Shown here piece after piece: positions 11,058 through 21,478 of a stretch of 64,000 nt of DNA; the first letter of the stretch is position 1; each line of letters opens with the position of its first letter. The notes under the pieces were generated by a model. It saw only the letters and a program-made list of their open reading frames with translations, made no database searches and had not been told where the DNA came from. The stretch spans positions 378,200,001-378,264,000 of the forward strand of contig OZ024743.1 of NCBI GenBank assembly GCA_964016885.1, in the 5' to 3' direction. The position numbers and the translations under genes were made by a program. The DNA comes from Eledone cirrhosa. Lineage: Eukaryota.

Positions 11058-11398
11058 ATATATATACATACATCTATATATATATATAAACACTGATTGC
11101 GTAGGACTTACCTCGCCCTCAAACCCCCTAATGACCCTGGTGAGTAGACAATGGCTGCAACATCCCACTTGACGAATAAGATAGAGGAAACCCCAGCTTA
11201 CATAGGTAGATGTATCTCTTCTTTTCCTTTCTGTTTGCTTCTTCCCTTTGTCTCCTATCACTTCCTTCCACTCCCTATCTTCTTCCTCTTCCCCCTTTCG
11301 CCTACCCCGAGGCAGCGCATCGGGCTTCTGTAGCCTCAGTACCCCCACCCCAGTAAATTAAAGATAGCATTGGCCAAAAACGCAATACAAACTAATTA

Positions 11399-11585
11399 CA
11401 GGGCGGTGGATTGGCAGTATCGGTAGAGGGTCGGACGCCATGCTTTGCAGCAAAGAGTTACGGCCCTTTATGTTCAGAGTTTAAATCCCGCCGAGGTTAA
11501 CTTTGCCTTTGTTCTTAACGGGTCGATAAAATAAAGTACCAGTAATACACTGAGATAATTGCTGGCCTTGTGTCAAAAGTAGAAA
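11399..11585 (+). mobile_element. Full-length tRNA-derived SINE family A with 16-bp TSD
   Basis: TSD CAATACAAACTAATTA at 11383-11398 and 11586-11601; A-box TGGCAGTATCGG; B-box-like GAGTTTAAATCC. Confidence 0.93.
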
Positions 11586-12117
11586 CAATACAAACTAATT
11601 ATAGCAGCTGTGTTAGACCCCCCAGAGATTTTGTATTACTTTTTACTACCCAATTCTATAAATTCTAAAATTCTTATTTAGTATCTTCTATTCTCAACTT
11701 ATTAACCTATTCTATAGCATTGGATGAAAACACAACACCAACTAAATATAGCAGCTGATTTAGACTCTACAGTTTTTTTATCACTTCTTACTATCCAATT
11801 TTATATTTTTATATATTCTTCTCTTATTTTTTTTTTATTACCGCCTAATCTCATTTGATTTACTTATTCTATAACATCTCCTCTCTATTTTCTCCAGAAT
11901 CCTTTTTCGCCTACCTCCTCTGGCATAGTTTCATACACATTCCTTAGAATTTGCTGTATAGATTTCACTTTCAATGCTTGACCGGCTCCACCCACTCGCT
12001 GACTGTTCTACAGGCAAGTTCAGCCACCCCCACCCCCCACCATGATAGACTTTTCTGTGTCTGCTGCAAATTTTGACCAATCCTCTTGACAACTACAATC
12101 TTCCCATATAAGGAAGT

Positions 12118-12213
12118 ACCCCTTGAAAAGTTTGGCTATTTATTTACCAGGCTAAAAATTCTAATTTAGTCCAGAAATAGCTGTCGAAACGGCTTGAGCT
12201 CTGCCATCGGGGT
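12118..12213 (+). ncRNA. Degenerate type I hammerhead ribozyme with extended stem II
   Basis: Stem I ACCCC/GGGGT; mutated core TTGAAAA (cf. CTGAAGA); stem II GGCTATTT/AAATAGCT with inner GGCTAAA/TTTAGTC; GAAAC; stem III GGC/GCC; ATC in place of GTC. Confidence 0.55.
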
Positions 12214-12305
12214 CATACATTTTCCTATTACCCACTCTACTACCCTAAGTATTGAGTACTCTGGTGCATTATGGTCCATCTGGTTCCTTACCAGAACTCC
12301 TTCAT

Positions 12306-12460
12306 TATATATATATATATACATACATCTATATATATATCTATATATATATATACATCTCTTTCTCTATATATATCTATATATATATATACATCTCTCT
12401 CTCTATATATATATATACACATACATCTATATATATATATACACATACATATATATATAT
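12306..12460. repeat. (TA)n/(TC)n compound microsatellite
   Basis: Read directly from the sequence. Confidence 0.95.
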
Positions 12461-12555
12461 TAGAAATATAAGCTTTCACCGTATTTTTGACTAAAGAAAT
12501 TTTTAGCCTAATAGTGGGGTTTAGAACCCTCAGAGAAATGGAAAAAGATGAGTAT

Positions 12556-12626
12556 TGACGTACATGGGAGTCGAACCCACATCTTTGGTTATCCAGACCA
12601 CTATGCTACCATTACACCAACACATC
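12556..12626 (-). pseudogene. tRNA-like cloverleaf (pseudo-tRNA or SINE head), anticodon position GGA
   Basis: GATGTGT TG GTGT AATGGTA GCAT A GTGGT CTGGATA ACCAA AGAT GTGGG TTCGACT CCCAT GTACGTC A. A- and B-boxes are good, there are many G-U pairs, and the variable arm is short. Confidence 0.7.
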
Positions 12627-12789
12627 ACCCATCTCCTTCCATTCAAATTAGAAGCTACATTCTTAACAAGTAAATGACGAGTAAGTATGTTTTGAAAACT
12701 GAGCGAGTTTGAAATTAGAAATATAAGCTTTCACCGTATTTTTGACTAAAGAAATTTTTAGCCCGATACACACATGGATAGAAAGGTCA

Positions 12790-13171
12790 TCCAGCCATAG
12801 GAAGTTTGCCAAAGAAAAGGGTAGTGAAGATCTTTCAAATGCATCAAAGACATGAAAAATTTCCCTAGTGTTGGGCAGCCACACAATAAATGCACCCAAT
12901 TCACGTTGCAAAGTGGTTGGTGATAGAAAGGGCATCCAGCCATTGAAATCTTGGCAAACAAAGGGTTGAGAGGCCCCCTTAGTTGTGTCAAAACATGACA
13001 ACCTGTTTAGTGGTGGCAGTGCCACTCAGTAGAACATGGGACTGTATGTAAGCAACAGTGTTGAATCTCGGCCTGTCTGGGATATTAGTAGATCCACTTC
13101 AGTACTGACTCGGTTTGTGAAAACCTGTCCAAACCTTGTTAGCAGGGAAAGAAGATGTCAAATGATGATGA
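12790..13171 (+). mobile_element. Old RTE-related 3' UTR/SINE fragment with (GAT)n tail
   Basis: AAAGTGGTTGGTGATAGAAAGGGCATCCAGCC...CCTGTCCAAACCTTGTTAGCAGGGAA...AAATGATGATGAT, a diverged match to the RTE 3' ends in this window. Confidence 0.7.
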
Positions 13172-13499
13172 TATGTATACATATCACGTATTACAATGGT
13201 TGATTATTCAGATAAACCAAAACTGATAAAACATCAATGAAATGAACCAAAAGTTTAGTAATAATTAGTAGGTTAGGTGAAGTATATTTCTCCAAACAAT
13301 CTAACATGGAGCAAGACAGGGGGGGGGGGGGGGGGGGGGGGTATTTATAAAATCTTACTTTAATTTTTTGGTGCCTCCTAATCCAAATAGGAGATTTATC
13401 ATGTACACAATAGGCAAAGGACACACCTATAAAGAGAAACAGAAAACAATTCATAAATCAATTTACTCTAAATATGCAAAGTATAAACGAATTGAGAGA

Positions 13500-14059
13500 G
13501 AGACTGAGCATAAGAGGAATCGAATGCTGTGTGCAGGAGAGGAGGTTGCATTGGTACGAAGGATGACAGCTGCATAAAAAGGTGCAGAGCACTAGAAGAC
13601 GATGCAAGCTACAGAGTGGGGAGACCCAAGAAGACCTGGGATGAGGTGATAAAAGCTGACCATACCCAATTGCACCTCTCAAAGGCGATGACACGACCGT
13701 GACCTCTGGCGTCACGCAGTAATACAGAAGACCTGACTTCCCACGGGTATAAGCCGAAGCATATAGACAATATGCCCCCACCCCCTCCCACTGCAACGTG
13801 GTCATGGAGGTTCCACGACAAAAAAGCACCCAGCCCACACTGTAAAGTGGACGTGTAGGCGCCACGGAAAAAAAGCACTCAGCACTCACTGTAAAAGAGG
13901 TTGGTGTTAGGAAGGGTATCCAGCTGTAGGAATCAAACCAGAATCAGTTCCCGTATGAGCAAGACAAGGTCAGCCGACCAGACACTGCCCACAACCGGAC
14001 AACCCGTCTAACCCATGCTAGCATGGAAGAACAGACGTAAAACGGTGATGATGATGATG
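13500..14059 (+). mobile_element. RTE LINE 3' fragment (related subfamily)
   Basis: Encodes remnants ...GIECCVQERRLHWY, DDSCIKRCR and GRPKKTWDEVI; 3' UTR and AACGGTGATGATGATG tail. Confidence 0.9.
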
Positions 14060-14129
14060 CATGTGTAAGTTGCATCACATACACACACACACAAACAAGG
14101 TCACAATGCAATGACTCAGCTCTGGGTAA

Positions 14130-16012
14130 ACATGCATATTCTCTCCTTCTTTTCTGACATGAAAAGCCAACACCAAGCCATCATCCACCACCTGGTACAC
14201 AAAACACCCTCCCCAAGACTTCAGAGCTGCAACCATCAATGGAGAGACGTCGCTGAAAGATAGGTCAGGTGAGATTGTGGAGATACTTGAGTGTAAGAAA
14301 GTTGATGTATGCTGTATACAAGAGACCAGGCAGCGAGGAGAATCTTCTAGACTCCTAGTAGGTAGAAAACAATGTTTTAAATTTTTCTGGAAAGGTAACG
14401 ACAGGGGGCTTGGCGGAGTAGTTATTATGCTAGCAGAAAAATGACTGGAGAAGGTAATCACTGTAAATAGAATAAATGACAGAATCATTGCACTTCAGCT
14501 CATCCTAAATAGAATAGTAAATGTGGGTGTGGCTCCCAAACTATAGGTTGCGCTGTGAGCAGGGTACAGCACAGCCAACTGGCCTGTCCCTCCTTATAAC
14601 AGTGCCATCCAGATCCACAGTTACAGTGTGGAACTGGATGGCACCATTATGAGGAGGGACAGACCAGTTGGCTGGACCATACTCTGCTCACAGCGGAACC
14701 TATAGTTTGGGAGCCGCAACCAGATTTACAGTGTCGAGCTGGATGGACATCATTATGAGGAGGGACAGGATATATATATATTTTTATATATGAAATGGTT
14801 ATAGACAACTAATCAGGGACAGAATCAAGCTAAATGAGATGCAGTTTGGATTTATGCCAGGTAAGGGTACTACTGATGCCCTCTTTCTGGTGAGACAACT
14901 ACAAATGTATTTAGCTAAGAGTAAGCCATGGTACCTAGCATTTGTAGATCTAGAGAAAGCCTTTGACAGGGTTCTATGCTCTATAATCTGGTGGATACTT
15001 AGGAAGTTAGATGAATGGCTTTTGAGAGCCATGCAGGCCATGTATAGAGGAGCAATCAGCAGAGTGAGAGTTGGCAATAAGTACAGTGATGAATTTGAAG
15101 TACAGGTGGGAGTTCACCAGGGATCAGTCCTCAGTCTACTCTTATTTATCATTGTACTTCAGGCTATCACTGAGGAGTTTAAAACTGGTGCTCCATGGAA
15201 GCTCCTTTATGTTGATGACCTAGTCCTCATAACTGAAACCGTAGGAGAGTTATAAGCAAAATTTCAAGCATGGAAGAAAAATCTAGAGCTGAAAGGCCTA
15301 AAAGTAAATTTAGCAAAGACGAAAGTCTTAATAAGTAGGAAAGAAGACAGGAAAGAGGCCATACTCAATATGTTAGAAAGAGGTGGTTAAAAATTCCATA
15401 AGGTGCACACAATGTAAAGTATGGATGCACAAGAGAAGCAGTGGGATTGCAGTAGGTTAACAGAAAAGATAGACTTTATATATGGCAGATGCACAGGGGA
15501 AGTGAGCATAAAGAGCACATGTGAAATAGATTCATTCACCTGCCAGGGAAGCTCCGTATCAGTTGTCGACAGCTTTTGCTACCTAGACAATCAAATTAGC
15601 AGTGGGGGAGGATGTGTTTAAAGTGTGATAGCTAAGATAAGAACAGGCTGAAAGAACTTTAGATATTTATTACTGCTGCTAACAACAAAATGCTTTTCTC
15701 TCCGAGTAAATGATGCTTGTGTGTGAACCACAACGTTACATGGCAGTGAAATATGGGCCTTGACTGCAAAAGACCTGCAGAGGCTAGAAGGAAATGAGTC
15801 GAGTATGATCTGGTAGATGTGCAATGTTAGTGTGCATGAGCAACATAGCATAAGTAAACTGAGGGAAAAACTTGGCATAAGAGGAATTGGTTGTAATGTG
15901 TAAGGACATGTGATGCGCATGGAAGACAGCAACTGCATAAAGAAACTGCAGAGAAACCCCAGTGGCTGGGACCCATGGAAGATCCTGGAAGGCATGGGAT
16001 GAGGTTTTAAAG
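14130..16012 (+). mobile_element. Older RTE LINE copy: APE N-terminus (14220-14515) plus RT/C-terminus (14800-16010), interrupted and internally deleted
   Basis: VCCIQETR, AEK*LEKVITVNRINDRI; MQFGFMPGKGTTDALF, AFVDLEKAFDRV, GVHQGSVLS, LLYVDDL; LHGSEIW; many stops. Confidence 0.92.
14517..14768. repeat. ~105-bp unit present as inverted copy + direct copy + partial direct copy (foldback)
   Basis: 14517-14619 is the imperfect reverse complement of 14627-14729. TTACAGTGT..A.CTGGATGG...CATTATGAGGAGGGACAG starts at both 14621 and 14726. Confidence 0.9.
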
Positions 16013-16139
16013 GGATAAAGATCCCATAATTCCTTGTGGTGTTGTAGAGGCACCATCATGCGGCGTGTCTAGAGCACTTTTAAACCTGGCAGAGCCCAAC
16101 CCTCTCCCTGCCTGAACACTGAAGATTTTTTTCTATAGG

Positions 16140-16305
16140 AAGAATCGACCCCAGTACTGGACTGGTACTTTTTTTTATCGACCTCAAAAGGATGAAAGGC
16201 AAAGTTGACCTCAGCAGGATTTGAACTCAGAGCACGCAATGAGGTTGGACAAATACCGTAAAGCATTCTATCTGACGTATTAACGACTCTGCCAATTCGT
16301 CGCCA
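16140..16305 (-). mobile_element. tRNA-derived SINE family A (related subfamily)
   Basis: Reverse complement TGGCGACGAATTGGCAGAGTCGTTAATACG...GAGTTCAAATCCTGCTGAGGTCAACTTTGCCTTTCATCC...GTACCAG. Confidence 0.85.
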
Positions 16306-16893
16306 TGTGGTTGTAAAGACCAACCTTGAAAAGCTAAACCTTACAATAGAAATTACTAAAGAGCACAAGGGCTGGTACTATACAGTGCTGAAGAAAACCT
16401 GACCTGCAGTATACAATATGACCTGACCTACCTTCCTCCTTCCACAAGCACTCCCTAACAGTTATTCTCAACTTCACTATTTCAACCCTCTTACACACAC
16501 ACATTCCTAGCAGCATGTCGTTGACACAACTGAGGGTCCTCCCAACCCTTTGTTTGGTAAGATTTCTATCGTTAGATTCCCTTCCCACTTCAAAAAGGGG
16601 CAGCAGCTAGGAATACGTTGGGGACACACTATGGGTTACAGTTGTGGTTAATTTATTCTGAATGTTATATTTTTTTATAACATTTGAGTATTTAGGTCAT
16701 TTCATAAAAAAAGAAGAAAAATAACATACCTTTTGAAAAATGTCAGATGAAAATTCTGGGAAGGTAATATAATTCAATTCTTTCCCAATAAATAAAACTA
16801 CAAGACCAGTCACCATCTAAAACAGAAGACAAAATAATTATTTCAAAATTCAATAACATAAGAGAGTGCTGTAGTTTGAAGCATGGTGTAAGG

Positions 16894-17028
16894 CAGCAGT
16901 CGCTAACCTTTTGGACCTCACAGGCCACTAAATTCATAATTTTAAATCCTGTGTACCACTAATATGAATTTTTTTAAAAAGGTTAATGCATTAAAATTTA
17001 TCTGTGGACCACTGGTTGGTGACCGCTG
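16894..17028. mobile_element. hAT-type MITE
   Basis: TIRs CAGCAGTCGCTAACC / GGTTGGTGACCGCTG; 8-bp TSD GTGTAAGG / CTGTAAGG (7 of 8 match). Confidence 0.8.
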
Positions 17029-17094
17029 CTGTAAGGTGTAGAAAATAGTGTGTTTGATTAGAAAGCTACAGCAATTAAATATTTTTAAAATAAT

Positions 17095-17231
17095 GATTTC
17101 TAATTTAGGTAGAAGGCCAGCAATTTGTGGGGAGGGGAAAGTTAACTATATCGACCCCAGTACTTGAAATAGTAATACTATCAACACCATAAGGATGAAA
17201 AGCAAAGCTAACCTCAGCAGGATTTGAACTA
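17095..17231 (-). mobile_element. SINE family A, 5'-truncated diverged copy
   Basis: AAGGCCAGCAAT...ATCGACCCCAGTAC...AAGGATGAAAAGCAAAGCTAACCTCAGCAGGATTTGAACT. Confidence 0.8.
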
Positions 17232-17271
17232 CAAAATAACAAAAAAGCTGTTGGAATGTTACTTTGGAGTT

Positions 17272-19115
17272 ATTTAACCACAGTCATGTCTACACTCTGT
17301 GGCCAGAACCTTTAACCACAGTCATGTCTACACTCTGTGGCCAGAACCTTTAACCACATAGCCATGTCTACACTCTGTGGCCAGAACCTTTAACCACATA
17401 GTCATGTCTACACTCTGTGGCCAGAACCTTTAACCACATAGTCATGTCTACACTCTGTGGCCAGAACCTTTAACCACAGTCATGTCTACACTCTGTGGCC
17501 AGAACCTTTAACCACATAGTCATGTCTACACTCTGTGGCCAGAACCTTTAACCACAGTCATGTCTGTACTCTGTGGCCAGAACCTTTAACCACATAGCTA
17601 TGTCTACACTCTGTGGCCAGAACCTTTAACCACAGTCATGTCTACACTCTGTGGCCAGAACCTTTAACCACATAGCCATGTCTACACTCTGTGGCCAGAA
17701 CCTTTAACCACATAGTCATGTCTACACTCTGTGGCCAGAACCTTTAACCACATAGTCATGTCTGTACTCTGTGGCCAGAACCTTTAACCACATAGCCATG
17801 TCTACACTCTGTGGCCAGAACCTTTAACCACAGTCATGTCTACACTCTGTGGCCAGAACCTTTAACCACAGTCATGTCTACACTCTGTGGCCAGAACCTT
17901 TAACCACATAGCCATGTCTACACTCTGTGGCCAGAACCTTTAACCACATAGCCATGTCTACACTCTGTGGCCAGAACCTTTAACCACAGTCATGTCTACA
18001 CTCTGTGGCCAGAACCTTTAACCACATAGTCATGTCTACACTCTGTGGCCAGAACCTTTAACCACATAGTCATGTCTGTACTCTGTGGCCAGAACCTTTA
18101 ACCACATAGTCATGTCTGTACTATGAGGCCAGAACCTTTAACCACATAGTCATGTCTGTACTCTGTGGCCAGAACCTTTAACCACATAGTCATGTCTACA
18201 CTCTGTGGCCAGAACCTTTAACCACAGTCATGTCTACACTCTGTGGCCAGAACCTTTAACCACATAGTCATGTCTACACTCTGTGGCCAGAACCTTTAAC
18301 CACATAGCCATGTCTACACTCTGTGGCCAGAACCTTTAACCACAGTCATGTCTACACTCTGTGGCCAGAACCTTTAACCACAGTCATGTCTACACTCTGT
18401 GGCCAGAACCTTTAACCACATAGTCATGTCTACACTCTGTGGCCAGAACCTTTAACCACAGTCATGTCTACACTCTGTGGCCAGAACCTTTAACCACATA
18501 GCCATGTCTACACTCTGTGGCCAGAACCTTTAACCACATAGTCATGTCTACACTCTGTGGCCAGAACCTTTAACCACATAGTCATGTCTACACTCTGTGG
18601 CCAGAACCTTTAACCACAGTCATGTCTACACTCTGTGGCCAGAACCTTTAACCACATAGTCATGTCTGTACTATGAGGCCAGAACCTTTAACCACATAGT
18701 CATGTCTGTACTATGAGGCCAGAACCTTTAACCACATAGTCATGTCTGTACTATGAGGCCAGAACCTTTAACCACATAGTCATGTCTGTACTATGAGGCC
18801 AGAACCTTTAACCACACAGTCATGTCTACACTCTGTGGCCAGAACCTTTAACCACATAGTCATGTCTGTACTATGAGGCCAGAACCTTTAACCACATAGT
18901 CATGTCTGTACTCTGTGGCCAGAACCTTTAACCACATAGTCATGTCTGTACTATGAGGCCAGAACCTTTAACCACATAGTCATGTCTGTACTATGAGGCC
19001 AGAACCTTTAACCACATAGTCATGTCTACACTCTGTGGCCAGAACCTTTAACCACATAGTCATGTCTGTACTCTGTGGCCAGAACCTTTAACCACATAGT
19101 CATGTCTGCACTCTG
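17272..19115. repeat. 38/40-bp tandem minisatellite, ~46-47 copies
   Basis: Unit CCACA(TA)GTCATGTCTACACTCTGTGGCCAGAACCTTTAA; variant TCTGTACTATGAGGCC is enriched distally. Confidence 0.98.
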
Positions 19116-19583
19116 TTGTCTCACTCGTATAGGACTGTCTGGCAGGTTTTCCACGGCTGGATGCCCTTCCTAACACCAACCACGTTTACAGTGTGGACTG
19201 GGAGGTTTTTACCATGTTGCCTACACGGCCACATTAGTGTGACTGTGTGTTTTTTTGTCGTGACACCTACACGACCTCATTTATTTCGGACTGGATGTTG
19301 TGGCACCAACACTTTACATCAAAAGGGGTGGTGTGGATGGGGGTGAGGGTAGTGGGACGGGGGGGTGTATTTTTGTTAAGAGGTGCCTACTGACTGTAGG
19401 TTTCGCTTTGTACTTAGGCAAGGCGTGTCTTCTGTATTACTGTGTAGCGCCAAAGATCTTGGTCCAGTGACATTGTCTTCGAGAGGTGTAGGTGTGTGAG
19501 GTCGGAATTTATCAAGTCGTCCCAGGTTTTTCTGGGTCTGCCTACTCCGTGGCTACCACATCTATTTTTATTGCCCTGCACTT
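19116..19583 (-). mobile_element. RTE LINE 3' fragment, lacking its terminal ~60 bp and tail at the minisatellite junction
   Basis: Encodes GSHGVGRPRKTWDDLINSDLTHLHLSKTMSLDQDLWRY; 3' UTR matches 4066-4380. Confidence 0.93.
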
Positions 19584-19885
19584 TTTTTTTTTTTTTTTTA
19601 CCAATGACAAAAGTGATTCTCTGTACATATTTATAGGCAGCAGTTATTTTTAGTTCATTTAACCACTCCCTTTCCCCCACAACACACACACACACGCAGC
19701 AAGTAAGTTGTTTGTAGTGCACAGGTATAAACTATAAGTATACATGCTGCTATTGCTGTTCTACTAACATTACACACACACACACACACGTTATACACTT
19801 CCAGTTGTTCTATGTACACACTTGTGTTGTGTGCAGAGGTAAAACTATTCACGCATGTCTAATATACACCTGCACGAAAGAGTAT

Positions 19886-20063
19886 AATAATAATAATAAC
19901 TGTTTCTACTTTTGGCACAAGGCCAGCAATTACCCAGTACATTACTGGTACTTTATTTTATCGACCCTGTAAGGATGAAAGGCAAAGTTAACCTCGGTGG
20001 GATTTGAACTCAGAATGGCAAGGGCCGTAACTCTATGCGTCAAAGCATGGTGTCCGACCCTCT
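19886..20063 (-). mobile_element. SINE family A copy with (TAA)n flank
   Basis: Reverse complement of the 2731-2915 copy, slightly 5' truncated. Confidence 0.9.
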
Positions 20064-20086
20064 ATATGATAATAATAATGATAATG

Positions 20087-20900
20087 TTTTGTAAGGTTTC
20101 TCTAGCAATCGGTTACTAGGCAAAACGTTAATTGGCCTCAGATCAGTCCTTGATCTCAGAGGCTCAACATATCACACAGGATTCTGGCAGTCCCAGTGAT
20201 GGTAGAAATTTGGGCACTGGCTATGAAGTGAGGGATCCCAAGGCTTTTGATGAAAGGCTTAAGACATTTAGGGACCATGCCTAGTGCCCCAGTGACGATT
20301 GGCATAACTTCTGTCTCTACATGGTGATTAGTTCTAATAGTGCCTGCAAAGTCTGCATACTTATTGATCTTTTCCATTTCTTTTCCAGCCACTTTATGGT
20401 CTTGAGGAACCACATCAATTCGAATCCATTTTTGGCAGTTGTGTTGAACTTTGTTTATGGTCTTCATCTCGAGGTCCCAAAATCGTACCACTGACATTGT
20501 TTCAATGTTGTATTTTTTGCACAACTGCCAATGGACTCTTTTTGCTATAAGATCATGCCAGATTTTGTAACATCTTTTTTCCAGTTGCTCACTTCCACTA
20601 ACAATGTGCACAGATTTGTCTGCTTTATGACATACTCTGCAAAGTGGGGAGCAATTTTGTCCAAGGATGTTAGCTTTCACCTAATTGATTCTGAGTGCCT
20701 GGTCTTGTGTGTCAGTAATAATAGCCTCAGTGCTCCTTTTAACCCAACCTGACCTAAACCAAACCCTAAACCTAGGATCAGCAATGTCTTCAATGGCAGC
20801 TGGAAATTTGCCATGAAGAGCCCTTTAAAATGAGTCACAATATCCACAATAAATGCCAAAGTTGTAACAGCAGGCCTTTTATTGTATTCGAAAGTCTCGT
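20087..20900 (-). mobile_element. R4/Dong-like non-LTR retrotransposon 3' fragment (zinc knuckle + restriction-like endonuclease), decayed
   Basis: CRVCHKADKSVHIVSG, YKIWHD..AKRVHWQLC, WD, EKINKY, PIVTGALG and GTARILCDML match RLE-class C-termini. The catalytic PD region is deleted. Upstream remnants resemble LHGKF and LLLTHKT. Adjacent to a (TAA/TGA)n tract. Confidence 0.85.
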
Positions 20901-21098
20901 CTCTCATATAACAATAAATTTAAATTTTAAATAAACAACTCATTGGGCATTAGTTCTCGCGGGCCGGTCAAAATCCCTTTGTGGGCCATCAGTTGCCGAC
21001 CTCTAGTGTGTTGGGTACATTTTATCATGACACCAGTAGTAAAGTGGCTGTCACATCTTCAACAAGAGTAAAGAGTCCCTTCTCTACATTGTCCACAC

Positions 21099-21478
21099 CA
21101 GTGATGGTCAAACTCTGACCCATTTGGCTTTCTGAATAGCACACCTTATGATGAGCCACATCCTATGCAGCCCACTGCTTGAAAAAGGTTGCCCCTACTT
21201 GTGTGTGTGTGTGTGTGTGTGTGACAGCTCACACCTATGCAGGTTTAGCTGGCCTCCTCCAAGGTATATCTCGTTGGAGGTGACTTGGATAATTTAATGA
21301 TAGGGACCCCAGTCCTATCATCTCATTTCTACAGCCAAGTAAACTGGAGCAATGTGAAATAAAGTTTCTTGCTCAAGGAAACAATCAATCACCCAGTCCG
21401 AGAATTGAACTCACAACCTTTCGATTGCAAGCCCAATGCTCTAACCACTAAGCCATGCGCCTTCATTGCCCCTACTTG
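21099..21478. mobile_element. hAT-type MITE with a SINE nested in its right TIR
   Basis: Left end CAGTGATGGTCAAACT, right end AAGGTTGCCCCTACTTG; 8-bp TSD GTCCACAC (21091-21098) / GTCTACAC (21479-21486). Confidence 0.7.
21202..21465 (-). mobile_element. tRNA-derived SINE family B (CORE/V-like central domain, (AC)n tail) with 13-bp TSD
   Basis: Head GGCGCATGGCTTAGTGGTTAGAGC...GAGTTCAATTC; central TCCTTGAGCAAGAAACTTTATTTCACATTGCTCCAG; TSD TTGCCCCTACTTG at 21189-21201 and 21466-21478. Confidence 0.9.

Noticed and set aside
9137-12494. YI/IY-rich ORFs
   Set aside because: These are translations of (TA)n microsatellites.
16560-16880. Possible host exon on the minus strand (CATACC donor-like site near 16726)
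   Set aside because: There is no recognisable protein motif or convincing acceptor and frame, so it cannot be supported without RNA data.
17272-19115. CRISPR-like array
   Set aside because: Units are head-to-tail with no unique spacers, there are no cas genes, and the context is eukaryotic.
20955-21005. Possible hAT MITE right end (GCGGGCCGG...GTTGCCGACCTCT)
   Set aside because: No matching left TIR or TSD was identified, and it is too fragmentary to call.
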